NCBI GenBank assembly: GCA_963817895.1
Contig: CAWFQB010000012.1
Span: 12,223-76,222, forward strand
From: an uncultured Chthonomonadaceae bacterium
GTDB lineage: Bacteria > Armatimonadota > Chthonomonadetes > Chthonomonadales > Chthonomonadaceae
Length of the DNA stretch: 64,000 bases
Direction of reading: 5' to 3'
The notes below the pieces were generated by a model. The model searched no databases. It was given only the letters and a program-made list of their open reading frames with translations, and was not told the origin of the DNA. Numbering within the stretch: the first letter of the stretch is position 1; every line of letters starts with the position of its first letter. The translations under genes were made by a program, and so were the position numbers. Shown in pieces: positions 52,695 to 62,562 of the stretch.

Positions 52695-53874
52695 TCAAAA
52701 ACCATCGTTGATCCACATGGGCGGGCCGTCAAGCAGCCGCGCCAGTTGTTCAAAGGCTTGTTCGCTGTGGATGGTCAGGCGTTCGGCGCGGCGCAAGTCG
52801 GAAAGGGACGGCGTACCGAAATACGCCTGCGTCAATGCCTGAATATCCATTTCCATGTCGGGCTTATCACCGGTAGACGTGACCGTTGTTTGCCCCTCCT
52901 CAACGCTGATTCGCCACGCGCCCTCATTCCAACCCGCGTGTTTGTCTTCCACTGCCAGAACAAAATTTGCCTGTAAGGGGTTGAGCGGCTTCCACGTTTG
53001 GAACGCGCCGACAACATCCACGATACGCGCCATGAGGCAGCGGGCGCAGTTTGGTTTCCACATCCCAATGGTTTAGATGGGAATACAGCGTATCATCGGC
53101 GGGCGCGTTCCATGAGAATTTGTCAATCTGCATGTCATGGCGGCGCAACAGGCCAAGCAATCCCTGCTGCGCGCGGGCGGTCAAATAGATGAACTCGCGC
53201 AACCGCGTTTCTTCGCGCTTGCCGCCGTGATAGGTCAGATAGCCTTCCAGTTCGCCGTTTTGTTCATACACATACGTATAGAAATGCTCTTTGGGCGTAT
53301 CATCCAGCATGAGTTTCCATTCCATAGGCGTTCGCTTTAACATGCCGCGATACCGCGTTGCGAATTGGGCGTAGGTATCGGCAATCCTTTCGCGGTCATT
53401 CAGCGTTGCGGCGCGAACATTTTCCGTATACGGGGAGGGTTTCAGGATGCGCGAAGGCAGCGAGTAGCGGCGATTCAGCCCCACCCATTCATAGCCCAAC
53501 CCCCGGTAAAAGTCCCAGTGGAACGGTTCCAGAATAGAAACACACTGCCCGTTACGGCGCATCTGTTCCAGGCAGTAGCGGACGCCCCCGGAAGCGTAAC
53601 CTTTGCCCCGCGCTCCGGGCAGAACGGCCACGCCATTGATAGCGCCCATCGGCACAACTACATGCGGCCCGAAATGCAGGTTCATATTCACCAGCAGAAA
53701 CGTCGCCTGTAAGCCCGCCTCATCGAAAATGCCGTAAATCGCCTGACGCTCGCTGTTGTCCCGATCCCACTCCTTCCACTCGGACATGTCCCGCTTGCCA
53801 TGCTCAAACGCCTGCGACCACAAATAATACGCCCGCTCCAACTCCTCGCCCGCCAATTGCCGAATGTCCATCAT
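52695..53874 (-). CDS. Eis-like GNAT acetyltransferase with C-terminal SCP2 domain, frameshift near 53040
   Basis: INGVAVLPGARGKG, LEPF..FYRGLGY; MARIVDV..WNEG..MDIQALTQAYFG in second frame. Confidence 0.88.
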
Positions 53875-53878
53875 GCTC

Positions 53879-54871
53879 TCACTCTCCACTCTCCACTCTC
53901 CACTTTTCGTATATATCCGCGATTACGTCGTCAATGTCGGCGCGGCGGGTTTCCACGTCGGCGAGGCGCGTCTGCCGCGACGCCTGCTGTAATAAATCGG
54001 CGACGCTGACCTGCGTGGCGTCGAACGTATACTCGTGCCGTCCCGCTTCGCTGCCTGTCAGGGTCGCGTTGCGCAGAACCGGGGCCGCGTCACCCGCCGT
54101 TTCCAGTATCAGGGTTCGGCGGTCGGCAAACTCGGAACGCAGGCGGGCAAAGTCGCCATCATACGCGATTTTACCCTGCGCCACCATCACGATGCGCCCC
54201 GCAAGCTGTTCCAATTCCGACATGTCGTGGCTTGTCACCATGACCGTCATTTGCCGTTCCCGGTTGATGTCTTTGAGGAACCGCAGAATGTTGCGTTTGG
54301 CAAGCACGTCAAGACCGAGCGAGGGTTCATCCAGAAACAGAATCTCCGGCTCGTGCAGCAGCGCCAACCCTAAATCAGCCCTCATACGCTGACCCAAACT
54401 GAGTTCGCGCACAAGGCTGTTGAAAAACGGAGTCAGGTCGAGCAGTTCCTTTACCAGACGGGACATGCGCTCATACCGTTCGCGCGGAATGTCCCACACG
54501 ACGCGCTTCCATTCAAAACTCGCGGAAACCGGGTGGTCGCGCCACAATTCTGTGCGCTGCCCGAAAACAACGCCGATGCGCCCCACATACTGCTGCCGCT
54601 GCGTGGCCGGGTTCATGCCCAGCACTCGCACAGTTCCCGTATCCGGCGACAGCAATCCCGACAGCAGTTTTACGGTCGTGCTTTTGCCCGCGCCGTTCGG
54701 TCCGGCATACGCCACGATCTCGCCGCGCCCGATTTGCAGGTCAATGTTTTGCAGCGCGTGGACTTCTCGTATCTGAGGCCGCAGCAGCGACTTGACCACA
54801 TCCCCCAACTTTTCCGAACGCTGCTTCTGCCGGTATGTTTTGCTCACTTTTTTTAACTCGACTACGCTCAT
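53879..54871 (-). CDS. ABC transporter ATP-binding protein
   Basis: GPNGAGKS, LSLGQRMR, LFLDEP, SHD. Confidence 0.95.
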   Translation of the reverse strand: MSVVELKKVSKTYRQKQRSEKLGDVVKSLLRPQIREVHALQNIDLQIGRGEIVAYAGPNGAGKSTTVKLLSGLLSPDTGTVRVLGMNPATQRQQYVGRIGVVFGQRTELWRDHPVSASFEWKRVVWDIPRERYERMSRLVKELLDLTPFFNSLVRELSLGQRMRADLGLALLHEPEILFLDEPSLGLDVLAKRNILRFLKDINRERQMTVMVTSHDMSELEQLAGRIVMVAQGKIAYDGDFARLRSEFADRRTLILETAGDAAPVLRNATLTGSEAGRHEYTFDATQVSVADLLQQASRQTRLADVETRRADIDDVIADIYEKWRVESGE

Positions 54872-55800
54872 CCTCTATGTCCTAATTCACTGTACCGTTG
54901 TGAGCCGACGCGGGCGTAATGCTTTCGGCCCTGCTGAAAAACGAATGTGGCGAACAGGGTCAGCAACAGCGCGGCAAGTGGCGTGAGCAGTTGTTTGGCG
55001 GGCGCGTTTTCAAGGCCGAGCAAAAGGCGGCAGGGATACCACGCGACAAACCCGACGGGCAGCACAGTCAATAGTCCCCCTGCCATCAGTCCGCTCAAAC
55101 CGTCCAGCGGGTAGGGCTTCAGTTCGTTCATCAGGCGGGCGGTGGAACTGCTGATCTCTTCCGCCGAGCGGGGCGCCCAGAACGCCAGACTGCCCCAGAT
55201 AAACTGAAACGCCAGCATCACGACTGCGGAACACAGCAGGCTGAACAACAGTTTCAGCAGCCAGAGCGGATGCAATCCCATTGACAACTGCCGACCGGCC
55301 CACGCCATCATCGCCATTCCCGGCAGCAGCATCAGGGACGCGCTGAACGGCGCAAAGCCTTCCGTCAATAATCCCATCCAGATGGGCTGCGGCTGAATCA
55401 GCGAGTGGTCGAACTGCCCCCGTCCCAACCGTCGGCTGATGTGCGACACATTATAGTTGAAGCCAACATCTATGAGCGCGCCCACAACCGCCGAGTAGCC
55501 AAGCAGAAATACAATTTGCGCATGGCTCCAGATGCCGATTCCCGTGAACCGAATGGACAGCAGCCAGATGCTCGTAATCATCGCAATACCCATGACCGCG
55601 TCCGTGAGCATCCACAGCAGAAACAGCTTCATATCCCGCGTCACAAAAATCAAATCCAGACGCGCGTATAAGGCGTACAGGCGCAGCAGACGGCGCAAGG
55701 TAGTAAAGGAAAAAGGAGAAAGGAGAAAGGAGAAAGCAACGCTATCCGAAATTCTCTTTTTCCTTTTTCCTTTCTCCTTTTTCCTCTCCTCAACCTCCAT
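54868..55800 (-). CDS. ABC-2 family transporter permease (DUF990 type)
   Basis: Multi-TM; GQFDHSLIQP, LAFW, YPL, LPVGFVAWYP. Confidence 0.85.
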   Translation of the reverse strand: MEVEERKKEKGKRKKRISDSVAFSFLLSPFSFTTLRRLLRLYALYARLDLIFVTRDMKLFLLWMLTDAVMGIAMITSIWLLSIRFTGIGIWSHAQIVFLLGYSAVVGALIDVGFNYNVSHISRRLGRGQFDHSLIQPQPIWMGLLTEGFAPFSASLMLLPGMAMMAWAGRQLSMGLHPLWLLKLLFSLLCSAVVMLAFQFIWGSLAFWAPRSAEEISSSTARLMNELKPYPLDGLSGLMAGGLLTVLPVGFVAWYPCRLLLGLENAPAKQLLTPLAALLLTLFATFVFQQGRKHYARVGSQRYSELGHRG

Positions 55801-56581
55801 ACGACACCATCTTTTCCTTGCTGACGCGCCATAGCCACAGAGTCAGGGGCCAAAGGGCAGCGCACCAGAACGCTTGCAGGATTAAAAGCCGGAGTGGGTC
55901 GCCTGTACCCGTGTAGATGCGCAGGGGAGCCGAAGCCATGGAAGCGAACGGCAGCCAGCCGAAGATTTTGCCCAGGTTCCAGGGCAGAAGCGCAAGCGGA
56001 ATAAACGCGCCCGACAGCAGAGCGGCAATCGCCGCCCGCGCCCGCGTCATGGCGAACGGCGGAAATTGCAGGCCGATGCCGATACCGGTAAACAGAAAAT
56101 CCAATGCCAGTCCAACCCCGACGGCAAGCAACAGACTGGGCAGGAACAGCAGTCCCGAAGTCCAACTGGCGGGCTGAAGGCTGATGTGCATTAAGGGAGC
56201 CAGCAGCAGCAGGGGCAGGGAAAATGTCGCCAGATGAAACAGCCATTTGCCGCAGGCTTCGGCCGTAAACTGCCCGAATATGCTCAGGGGCTTGATAAAG
56301 CGCGTGGCAATCGTGCCATCCCAGAACGCATCGGACACATCAGTATACGCTTCCAGCAGTTCGGCAAACATCTCCGCCAGCAGCGAGTACGTCAACAGCA
56401 GGGGCAGGGTAAACCCGGAAACCGTTTCGCCATGCGGCAGCAGCAGTCGCCAGAGGGACAGCAGCACGGCCACGCGCATCAGCCGCAGCAGATAATCCAT
56501 CAAAAACAGGGGACTGTCGCCGATGTAACTTGTGGCCGACAGCAGGGCGGTTTTTGTATATTTATGCAGCCCAATCGCCAT
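55790..56581 (-). CDS. ABC-2 family transporter permease (DUF990 type)
   Basis: DGTIATRFIKP, LSGAFIPL, LPFASM..P, ends SYGG. Confidence 0.88.
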   Translation of the reverse strand: MAIGLHKYTKTALLSATSYIGDSPLFLMDYLLRLMRVAVLLSLWRLLLPHGETVSGFTLPLLLTYSLLAEMFAELLEAYTDVSDAFWDGTIATRFIKPLSIFGQFTAEACGKWLFHLATFSLPLLLLAPLMHISLQPASWTSGLLFLPSLLLAVGVGLALDFLFTGIGIGLQFPPFAMTRARAAIAALLSGAFIPLALLPWNLGKIFGWLPFASMASAPLRIYTGTGDPLRLLILQAFWCAALWPLTLWLWRVSKEKMVSYGG

Positions 56582-56636
56582 CCGAATCCGGTTCCGCTTT
56601 CAGCCAAAAATTTCGCGAAAAGAGCGCAAAATTTTC

Positions 56637-56665
56637 TTGACAAGTTTGCGCCAATCTGCGATAAT
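56637..56665 (+). promoter_or_regulatory. Sigma70-type promoter
   Basis: TTGACA-17 bp-GATAAT. Confidence 0.75.
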
Positions 56666-56696
56666 ATTATTGACAAAGAAGGAGGTGGTGACTAGC

Positions 56697-56732
56697 ATGG
56701 ATTATAGTCAACGAGGTGAGCAGGCGGGTTAG
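56697..56732 (+). CDS. Putative small peptide MDYSQRGEQAG
   Basis: AAGGAGGTG SD at 56679-56687, 9 nt before ATG; near-consensus promoter upstream; hairpin downstream. Confidence 0.55.
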   Translation: MDYSQRGEQAG

Positions 56733-56831
56733 CCTGTTTTAACCAGTTGCTCACGCGGCGCGAAAACATTGTTTAGCGCAGGTGTGAACTCAACAAGTGA
56801 TGAACAGGCTCTTGTCCTGTTCGCCTGCTGA

Positions 56832-56860
56832 AGCCCGGACGCGCTCGTCGCGTCCGGGCT
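56832..56860. terminator. Strong hairpin between the sORF and the convergent pilin gene
   Basis: 12-bp stem AGCCCGGACGCG/CGCGTCCGGGCT; U-tract weak. Confidence 0.6.
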
Positions 56861-56914
56861 ATAATTATGTCGCATAAAGTGGGGGATTTGCAAAGGGTGG
56901 GGAGAAAATAACCG

Positions 56915-57310
56915 CTATTTGTTGTCGTAGCCGGGTTCAAACGTACCCGCGCTCGAATCGGAACACGAGACGACAAACGCGCCGCCGTGCGGACCGGGAA
57001 CCGCGACGCTGTATGTTTCGCCATTGGGACCGATGGGAAGCGGGTTCAGGTCAGGCTCTTTGGCGGAAGTGGCAGGGCCACTGAAAACGGAATAACCCGC
57101 GCTCTGGTTCAGCACATACGCGGCCTGCACCGCTGTGGCGACGCTGTGCATGTTGACGCGATTGGTTTTCTTGTGGCTGTCGGCAACCGCGCTGATGTAA
57201 AGCGGGAGGGCGACCGCCATGAGAATAGACAAAATCAGGGTAACGACGAGCAACTCAACAAGTGTAAAGCCGCGAAGATGGCGGCGGTTATAGATAATTG
57301 TATGTGCCAT
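56915..57310 (-). CDS. Type IV pilin-like protein
   Basis: RG^FTLVELLVV prepilin cleavage motif; 131 aa. Confidence 0.88.
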   Translation of the reverse strand: MAHTIIYNRRHLRGFTLVELLVVTLILSILMAVALPLYISAVADSHKKTNRVNMHSVATAVQAAYVLNQSAGYSVFSGPATSAKEPDLNPLPIGPNGETYSVAVPGPHGGAFVVSCSDSSAGTFEPGYDNK

Positions 57311-58079
57311 TGTGCGGAACTCCCTTCAATCGGACAAGCAACGTCGTTCAGACGCCGCTACTGTCCCGAATGTTCATCTTTCTTTGGTAAGGACAGAGGA
57401 AAATAGCGCCAAAATTGAGAAGGAATACGGAATACTCTGCGAACCGGGTATGCCGATGTGCAGGAGGGCAGCCGTCTTTCAGTCCGCGTATTATTATGGC
57501 CTGATGGTGGCGCTATGGGACAAAACAAGGGCGACGAGGGCGATCTTTATTTTGCCCTCGCGTTTGAGATCGCGCTTTCGCATCGGTATCTGGTAGCCCT
57601 GATACGAGTCGTGGGCGACAGCGCCTTTCGCCTGGCCGCGAAAGGCTGTCCGGGGGAAAGCATCCAGTTGCTTTCCGCGATGCAGTCTCTACAGGAAAAG
57701 ATGAATTTTCGCCCTACCCCCGGCTTTGCAGCGCGCGTCCGGGAACACCTGCGCGCTGGAAGCCTCGCTTGGAAGGGAAACGTTCGACCGCCACTGGCAG
57801 ACCGGGCTGTACACACCCCTCGAAGTCCTCATTCCCGCAGCGCTCGAGCATACAAACCACCTCTCAAAAATTACCTGATTTTATCCCGTATTTGCTTCTG
57901 CCCCGGCTCTTTTTCTCCCTTTCAATCCCGTTTATCGCGCGTTGCAAACACACTTAACGCCGAACACGCTAAATTGCTAATGCCTGGCTAATGCCGCTCT
58001 GCTATACTCTCCCCAATAGTCACCCATCAGCGCGAACGCCGCCTGATTATCTACCCGGCTGTTTCAAGGAGAAATTACG

Positions 58080-59750
58080 ATGTTGCATTCCAGACGCTTC
58101 TGCATCCCTTTATTGCTGGCTCTGTGTAGCGGCCTGTCTGTGCCGATGTCCGCGCGCGCCGCCCCACCGAGTGGACGCTTCTACTTCGGAGCCGGAAACA
58201 ACGACTATAACAGCGTGATCTTTGAAAGCAACCGGGACGCTTCCAATACGGTCGCGCTCACGGGCTACCAGAACGGCCTCCATAGCCAGTATCCTTCCGT
58301 TTCTCGAGACGGCTCTCTGATCGCTTTTTCCTCAAACCAGACTGGCGATAGAGATGAGCATATCTGGGTGATGAATAGTGACGGCTCTCATCGCCGCCAA
58401 CTGACCTTCGACGATCTCATTGAGCATAATTATGATAGAGACATGTACCCGGCAATTTCGCCGGATGGCAGGAAGATCGCCTTCACTTCCAATCGTACCC
58501 CGGAATTAATTCGGCCCAATTACTATCCTTACATTGACCATCCGCGCGAACTCTATGTAATCAATACCGACGGCACGGGATCGACGCAACTCACCGTCAG
58601 TGACGGGAACCTGGGGAGTAACACGCTCCAGCAGGTCGCCTGGGGACCGGATAGCAAGACAATTATGTTCACCGGCTATATTCCATATACCGATGCGAAT
58701 GGTTACGGCATCAGGCAGGGTGTCTATACCATCCAGTCGGGCGGGGGTGGGCTGCAGCAGATCGTGGGGGGATTCAGCAATTACTACAATATAACAGCGG
58801 GACTGGACTGGTCGCATGATGGCCGTTATGTTCTGTACACCACCGCGCAGACCGGGCAAAACCCACTCGTTCATGTCTACGATTTGCAGGCCAATGCGGA
58901 AACGGGATTTGCCCAGCCTTCCTTTTCCAGCTCACCCGGAGATATACGTTTTTCGCCGGACGGCTCGCAACTCGCGTTTTCCCGCTACTATGAGTATGAT
59001 TTGCTGTTCACAGATCGCGCGGGGAATGTGCTGAATGCGCTGCCGGAGGGGAATTTCTTTACAAACTATACCGCTTGGAACCTGAACGGCGACGGGTTTT
59101 GGTGGCAAGATGCGGTTCCGGTCGCCGCGCCCGCCAGCCTGACTCTGACGTCCGCCACTGTCTATGCCAATCTCGGCCAAGTCGTGCCGGTAGTGCCGAT
59201 CCTCAAAGATGCGGCAGGCAATATTCTCGCGCAGGTCGCTTTCTCCGGAAGCGTTTCTGCCATCGGCGGCTGGAGCGGTTATTCCGCCAATCCCGACTAT
59301 GACCCCATCTTCTTCGCGCTCAGTCCATACGAGAACCGGGTTCAGAACAACGGCATCACGAGCGGCCCCTATCAGTTCACGACCAACAACGGGGGGCTGA
59401 CGGTCAATCAGACGATTATCTGGGGTCAGCCGCATGTCGAATTACAACTCGTCAGCACGGTTCGCTTTGGGGACGGTTCCGTTCGCGTCACCGTACAGCC
59501 TTACGATTCGGGAAATGCGCGGGTGACAAATCTGTCGCTTTCCGGCGTTTCGCTCAATGGCGCGAATTATACGTATACGAACCGGACTTTCTATTCTGAC
59601 ATGGGGCCGGGGGATAGCGGCGTACCCGGTCAATCCATCTTCGATTTCGCTCCGGGCGTTTTGCTTCCGGGCAGAACAGGCCTCCTCAAGATTACGGGAA
59701 CGTATGTCGGCGGAACCTACGCTTCCAGCCTGCGCGTCACGATTCCCTGA
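58080..59750 (+). CDS. Secreted TolB-like PD40 beta-propeller protein
   Basis: Signal peptide (ARA); repeats SRDGSLIAFSS, SPDGRKIAFTS, WSHDG, FSPDG. Confidence 0.85.
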   Translation: MLHSRRFCIPLLLALCSGLSVPMSARAAPPSGRFYFGAGNNDYNSVIFESNRDASNTVALTGYQNGLHSQYPSVSRDGSLIAFSSNQTGDRDEHIWVMNSDGSHRRQLTFDDLIEHNYDRDMYPAISPDGRKIAFTSNRTPELIRPNYYPYIDHPRELYVINTDGTGSTQLTVSDGNLGSNTLQQVAWGPDSKTIMFTGYIPYTDANGYGIRQGVYTIQSGGGGLQQIVGGFSNYYNITAGLDWSHDGRYVLYTTAQTGQNPLVHVYDLQANAETGFAQPSFSSSPGDIRFSPDGSQLAFSRYYEYDLLFTDRAGNVLNALPEGNFFTNYTAWNLNGDGFWWQDAVPVAAPASLTLTSATVYANLGQVVPVVPILKDAAGNILAQVAFSGSVSAIGGWSGYSANPDYDPIFFALSPYENRVQNNGITSGPYQFTTNNGGLTVNQTIIWGQPHVELQLVSTVRFGDGSVRVTVQPYDSGNARVTNLSLSGVSLNGANYTYTNRTFYSDMGPGDSGVPGQSIFDFAPGVLLPGRTGLLKITGTYVGGTYASSLRVTIP

Positions 59751-59854
59751 GTAATAAACACAGGTTCAAGAGTTGATAGTTTGATGCTCCTGTATCCCTA
59801 TCAACTATCAACTCCCTCCTCACCCATTTTGCGTGAAAGATTTCGGAGATAGCA

Positions 59855-60382
59855 ATGAAGATTTTTCGAGTCATTTTGCTTTTCGGAGCGCTGCTCGTGG
59901 TTTCCGCCGCAAGCCAGGCGCAAATACAAGTCACGTTCGATCAGAACCCGATTACGACAAACCCCGGCGCGACAGTCACCTTTACCGGGGAACTGACGAA
60001 TACGAGCCTGAACACTCTGTTTATCAACAGCGATTCTCTCAACCTGGTTGGAGCGACACTGATCTCCGATGACAGCGATTTTCTGATGAACGCGCCCATA
60101 TCGCTGCTGCCCGGCGAGGTCACATCCTCGTTCGCGTTCTTCACCATCAGTTCGGACGTTGCCACTCCGTTGGGAAGTTATTCGGGCGCGTTCAGCGTCA
60201 TAGGCGGCCTGAACAACTCCGCATCCGATGACCTGTCCGGGACGCCTCCGCCCGCCTTTCAGGTAAATCTCGTCGCCCCTTCCGACGGCGCTCCCAACGT
60301 CCCCGAACCCGGCAGCATCGCCCTTTTTGGCGGCCTTATCGCCAGTGGCACAACAATCTTCCTGAAACGCCAAAGGCTTTAA
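59855..60382 (+). CDS. PEP-CTERM sorting domain protein
   Basis: Signal peptide; C-terminal VPEPGSIAL-TM-KRQRL. Confidence 0.9.
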   Translation: MKIFRVILLFGALLVVSAASQAQIQVTFDQNPITTNPGATVTFTGELTNTSLNTLFINSDSLNLVGATLISDDSDFLMNAPISLLPGEVTSSFAFFTISSDVATPLGSYSGAFSVIGGLNNSASDDLSGTPPPAFQVNLVAPSDGAPNVPEPGSIALFGGLIASGTTIFLKRQRL

Positions 60383-60484
60383 TGGACAGTCCCTTCTGCG
60401 TCAGCAAAACAAAATGCGCGCTCTGTACAGGGCGCGCATTTTTCGGCATTGGAAAATCGGCAGGCAAAATGTGATAACTCCTGC

Positions 60485-61549
60485 TTACGACTTGCGCCTG
60501 CGTTTCAGGGCAGGATTTTCCACGAGATGCCAACTCAGCCAGGCGCAGGGCGCTGTCAGTAACAACGCGCTAAAGAACAGGGGCAGGGTATGGCGAACAG
60601 CCGGCACGTATGCCACCAGACACTGCTGAATGGGACACGCATACAGGTAGATGCCATACGATAAATCCCCTGTTCGCTTCGACCACTCCTGCAAACGCAA
60701 TCGCGGCGTATACGCCAGCCAGAACAGCAATACAGGCGAACCAAAGGGCAAAACCAGCAACAGGGCGTTGAGATTGCGTCCAGCGACCAGTACCCCGGCC
60801 AACACAGCCAGAGCGATTTTGTCGGAAATGGGCGATTTCAGGAATTGGGCGGATAGCATCCCCATCCCGAAGTAAGCAAGGTTGGGAAGCCATCTTGACA
60901 ACGCCTGTATATCCCGCATCGGGGGCGCATCCAGACGCGCGATAGGGTGCAGCGTATTGGTCCAGTAGAGCAGCAACACAAGCGTCGAAAAGGCGACAAC
61001 CGCTTCGCGCCTGCGCAACAAACCCGCCATTCCCAGTACTGCCAGAATCGCGTAACACCAGAACTCGCCCTGAATTGTCCACAACGACGAGTTCACGAAA
61101 GGAAACGGATTGCGGATAAACGTGGGCGGCAGTTCTGGGACTTGCAGGAAGAGTATGCTTCGGGCGAACAACCAGAGGTTGAACTCATGCCAGTAGCGGC
61201 GGAAATTTTCAGCGCCGAGCGGGGCAAAGACAAACGCCGCGCAAAGGCAGGCAACGAAATACCCCGGACAAATACGCCGAATACGCTTGTTAAAGTATTC
61301 CTTTGCGTTTTTGCTGCGCAGCCAACTTTGACTGATGAGATACCCGCTGATGGTGAAAAATCCATAAACGGCCAGAGTTCCGCTGTATATCTGGCCGCGT
61401 GTAAGCCGGTACACGCAATCGTCGCTCAAAAGACCCGTGACAAGCAAACTCGAATGTCCCCACATCACCAGCAGCGCTAAAGCGACTCGCAGGAAATCGA
61501 AATTATTGTGATGGGGAAGCGCGTTTTGCGAGGGGGCAGGGGTATCCAA
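60485..61549 (-). CDS. Acyltransferase family 3 (OafA-like)
   Basis: FDFLR..H, FFTISGYLI, RIRRI.P, SLWTI..E, DLSYGIYL, SWHLVENP. Confidence 0.92.
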   Translation of the reverse strand: MDTPAPSQNALPHHNNFDFLRVALALLVMWGHSSLLVTGLLSDDCVYRLTRGQIYSGTLAVYGFFTISGYLISQSWLRSKNAKEYFNKRIRRICPGYFVACLCAAFVFAPLGAENFRRYWHEFNLWLFARSILFLQVPELPPTFIRNPFPFVNSSLWTIQGEFWCYAILAVLGMAGLLRRREAVVAFSTLVLLLYWTNTLHPIARLDAPPMRDIQALSRWLPNLAYFGMGMLSAQFLKSPISDKIALAVLAGVLVAGRNLNALLLVLPFGSPVLLFWLAYTPRLRLQEWSKRTGDLSYGIYLYACPIQQCLVAYVPAVRHTLPLFFSALLLTAPCAWLSWHLVENPALKRRRKS

Positions 61550-61639
61550 AAGCAGTCATCTTTTCCTGAATGTAAGTATGTAACTCTACATCGAGTATAC
61601 CCTGCAAAAGGAACGGAAAAGTACATGCCTCGCTTGTTC

Positions 61640-62086
61640 CTAAACGTCGTTTGGATGCACAGCGGTCAGGAACGCGCTGAAGCGGGCAAAGTCGCTAACA
61701 TTGCAGGTGAGCAGGTGTGTGATGCCGTGCATGTGAGCGCAGGCCGCAATGCGCGTATCGTGTACCTGCTTGCCCCGAACGCCATGCAGCAGCACCAGAC
61801 GCCGCTACTCGTCGTAAATGATGGCGGTATCCGCATGGATGCCAAACAAACTCTCAATGTCGCGCAGTTCCTTTTCCGCTTTCGGCACGGTCAGCCCTAG
61901 CCCCGGATTGCTCGCATCCGTCGGGCGTGTCAGGTAGTTCCAGAATTCAATCGCGCATTGGGAGAACGTAGTTACACGCTCTCCGTTCGCCTTCAGGCGC
62001 ATCACGACCTTCAGGCACAGGGCATATTCCGGCGTTCCCGGTTGCGTGAGATGTTTGAGAATGTTGGTATCGGCGGCCCAGGGCAT
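61640..62086 (-). pseudogene. VapC-type PIN toxin with in-frame TAG at 61805-61807
   Basis: DTNIL..EFWN..TRP; same frame resumes RRLV..GKQVHDTRI..HLLTCNVSDF to stop at 61640. Confidence 0.85.
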
Positions 62087-62523
62087 CAGTCGCGATCCTC
62101 ATAATCCGCTTCTCGCGAGAACGCGCAGGGAGGCAGTGTGGGCAGCTCGCGGTGGCTCTCCGCCCATGCCAGAAATTCCCGGCTCCACTCTTCCGGTGTC
62201 GCTGTTTCGTAGAAGAACTTTTCTTCGAGCGGCATCTTGGGCAGCAACATGGCGAGTTCTTCTTCTGTGCCATGTGCCAGAAGATGATCGACATAGGGCT
62301 GGAAGGATTCGGCAATCTTGGCTTCCAATTCGGGATCGCGGGGCATGTGCGGCAGCAGCATCAGGATTAAGATCATGCCTAAAACGCCCCACACGGAGGC
62401 GGGAGGTTGTTCGGCAGCTTGCCGAACTTCGCGCGCCGCTTCCTCCGCCGTGACGCCGCTTTGTTCCGCGCGTCGGCGTAAACGCGCTTGGGCATCTGGG
62501 GAAAGATTTAACGTCAGTGGCAT
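62086..62523 (-). CDS. Putative antitoxin coupled to the PIN gene
   Basis: MPLTLNLSPDAQARLRRRA start; C-terminal WAESH..SRE..Y; stop overlaps toxin ATG. Confidence 0.7.
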   Translation of the reverse strand: MPLTLNLSPDAQARLRRRAEQSGVTAEEAAREVRQAAEQPPASVWGVLGMILILMLLPHMPRDPELEAKIAESFQPYVDHLLAHGTEEELAMLLPKMPLEEKFFYETATPEEWSREFLAWAESHRELPTLPPCAFSREADYEDRD

Positions 62524-62562
62524 GTTCGTTACTCCAACGTTGAATTCAAATCAGGTGATTTG

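Noticed and set aside
57765..57830. Cobalamin riboswitch (AAGGGAA, GCCACTG words)
   Set aside because: Order and spacing of the conserved blocks do not fit, and no B12-related gene follows
61805..61807. TAG readthrough or pyrrolysine recoding in the PIN gene
   Set aside because: TAG is used as a normal stop in many genes here; a nonsense mutation is simpler
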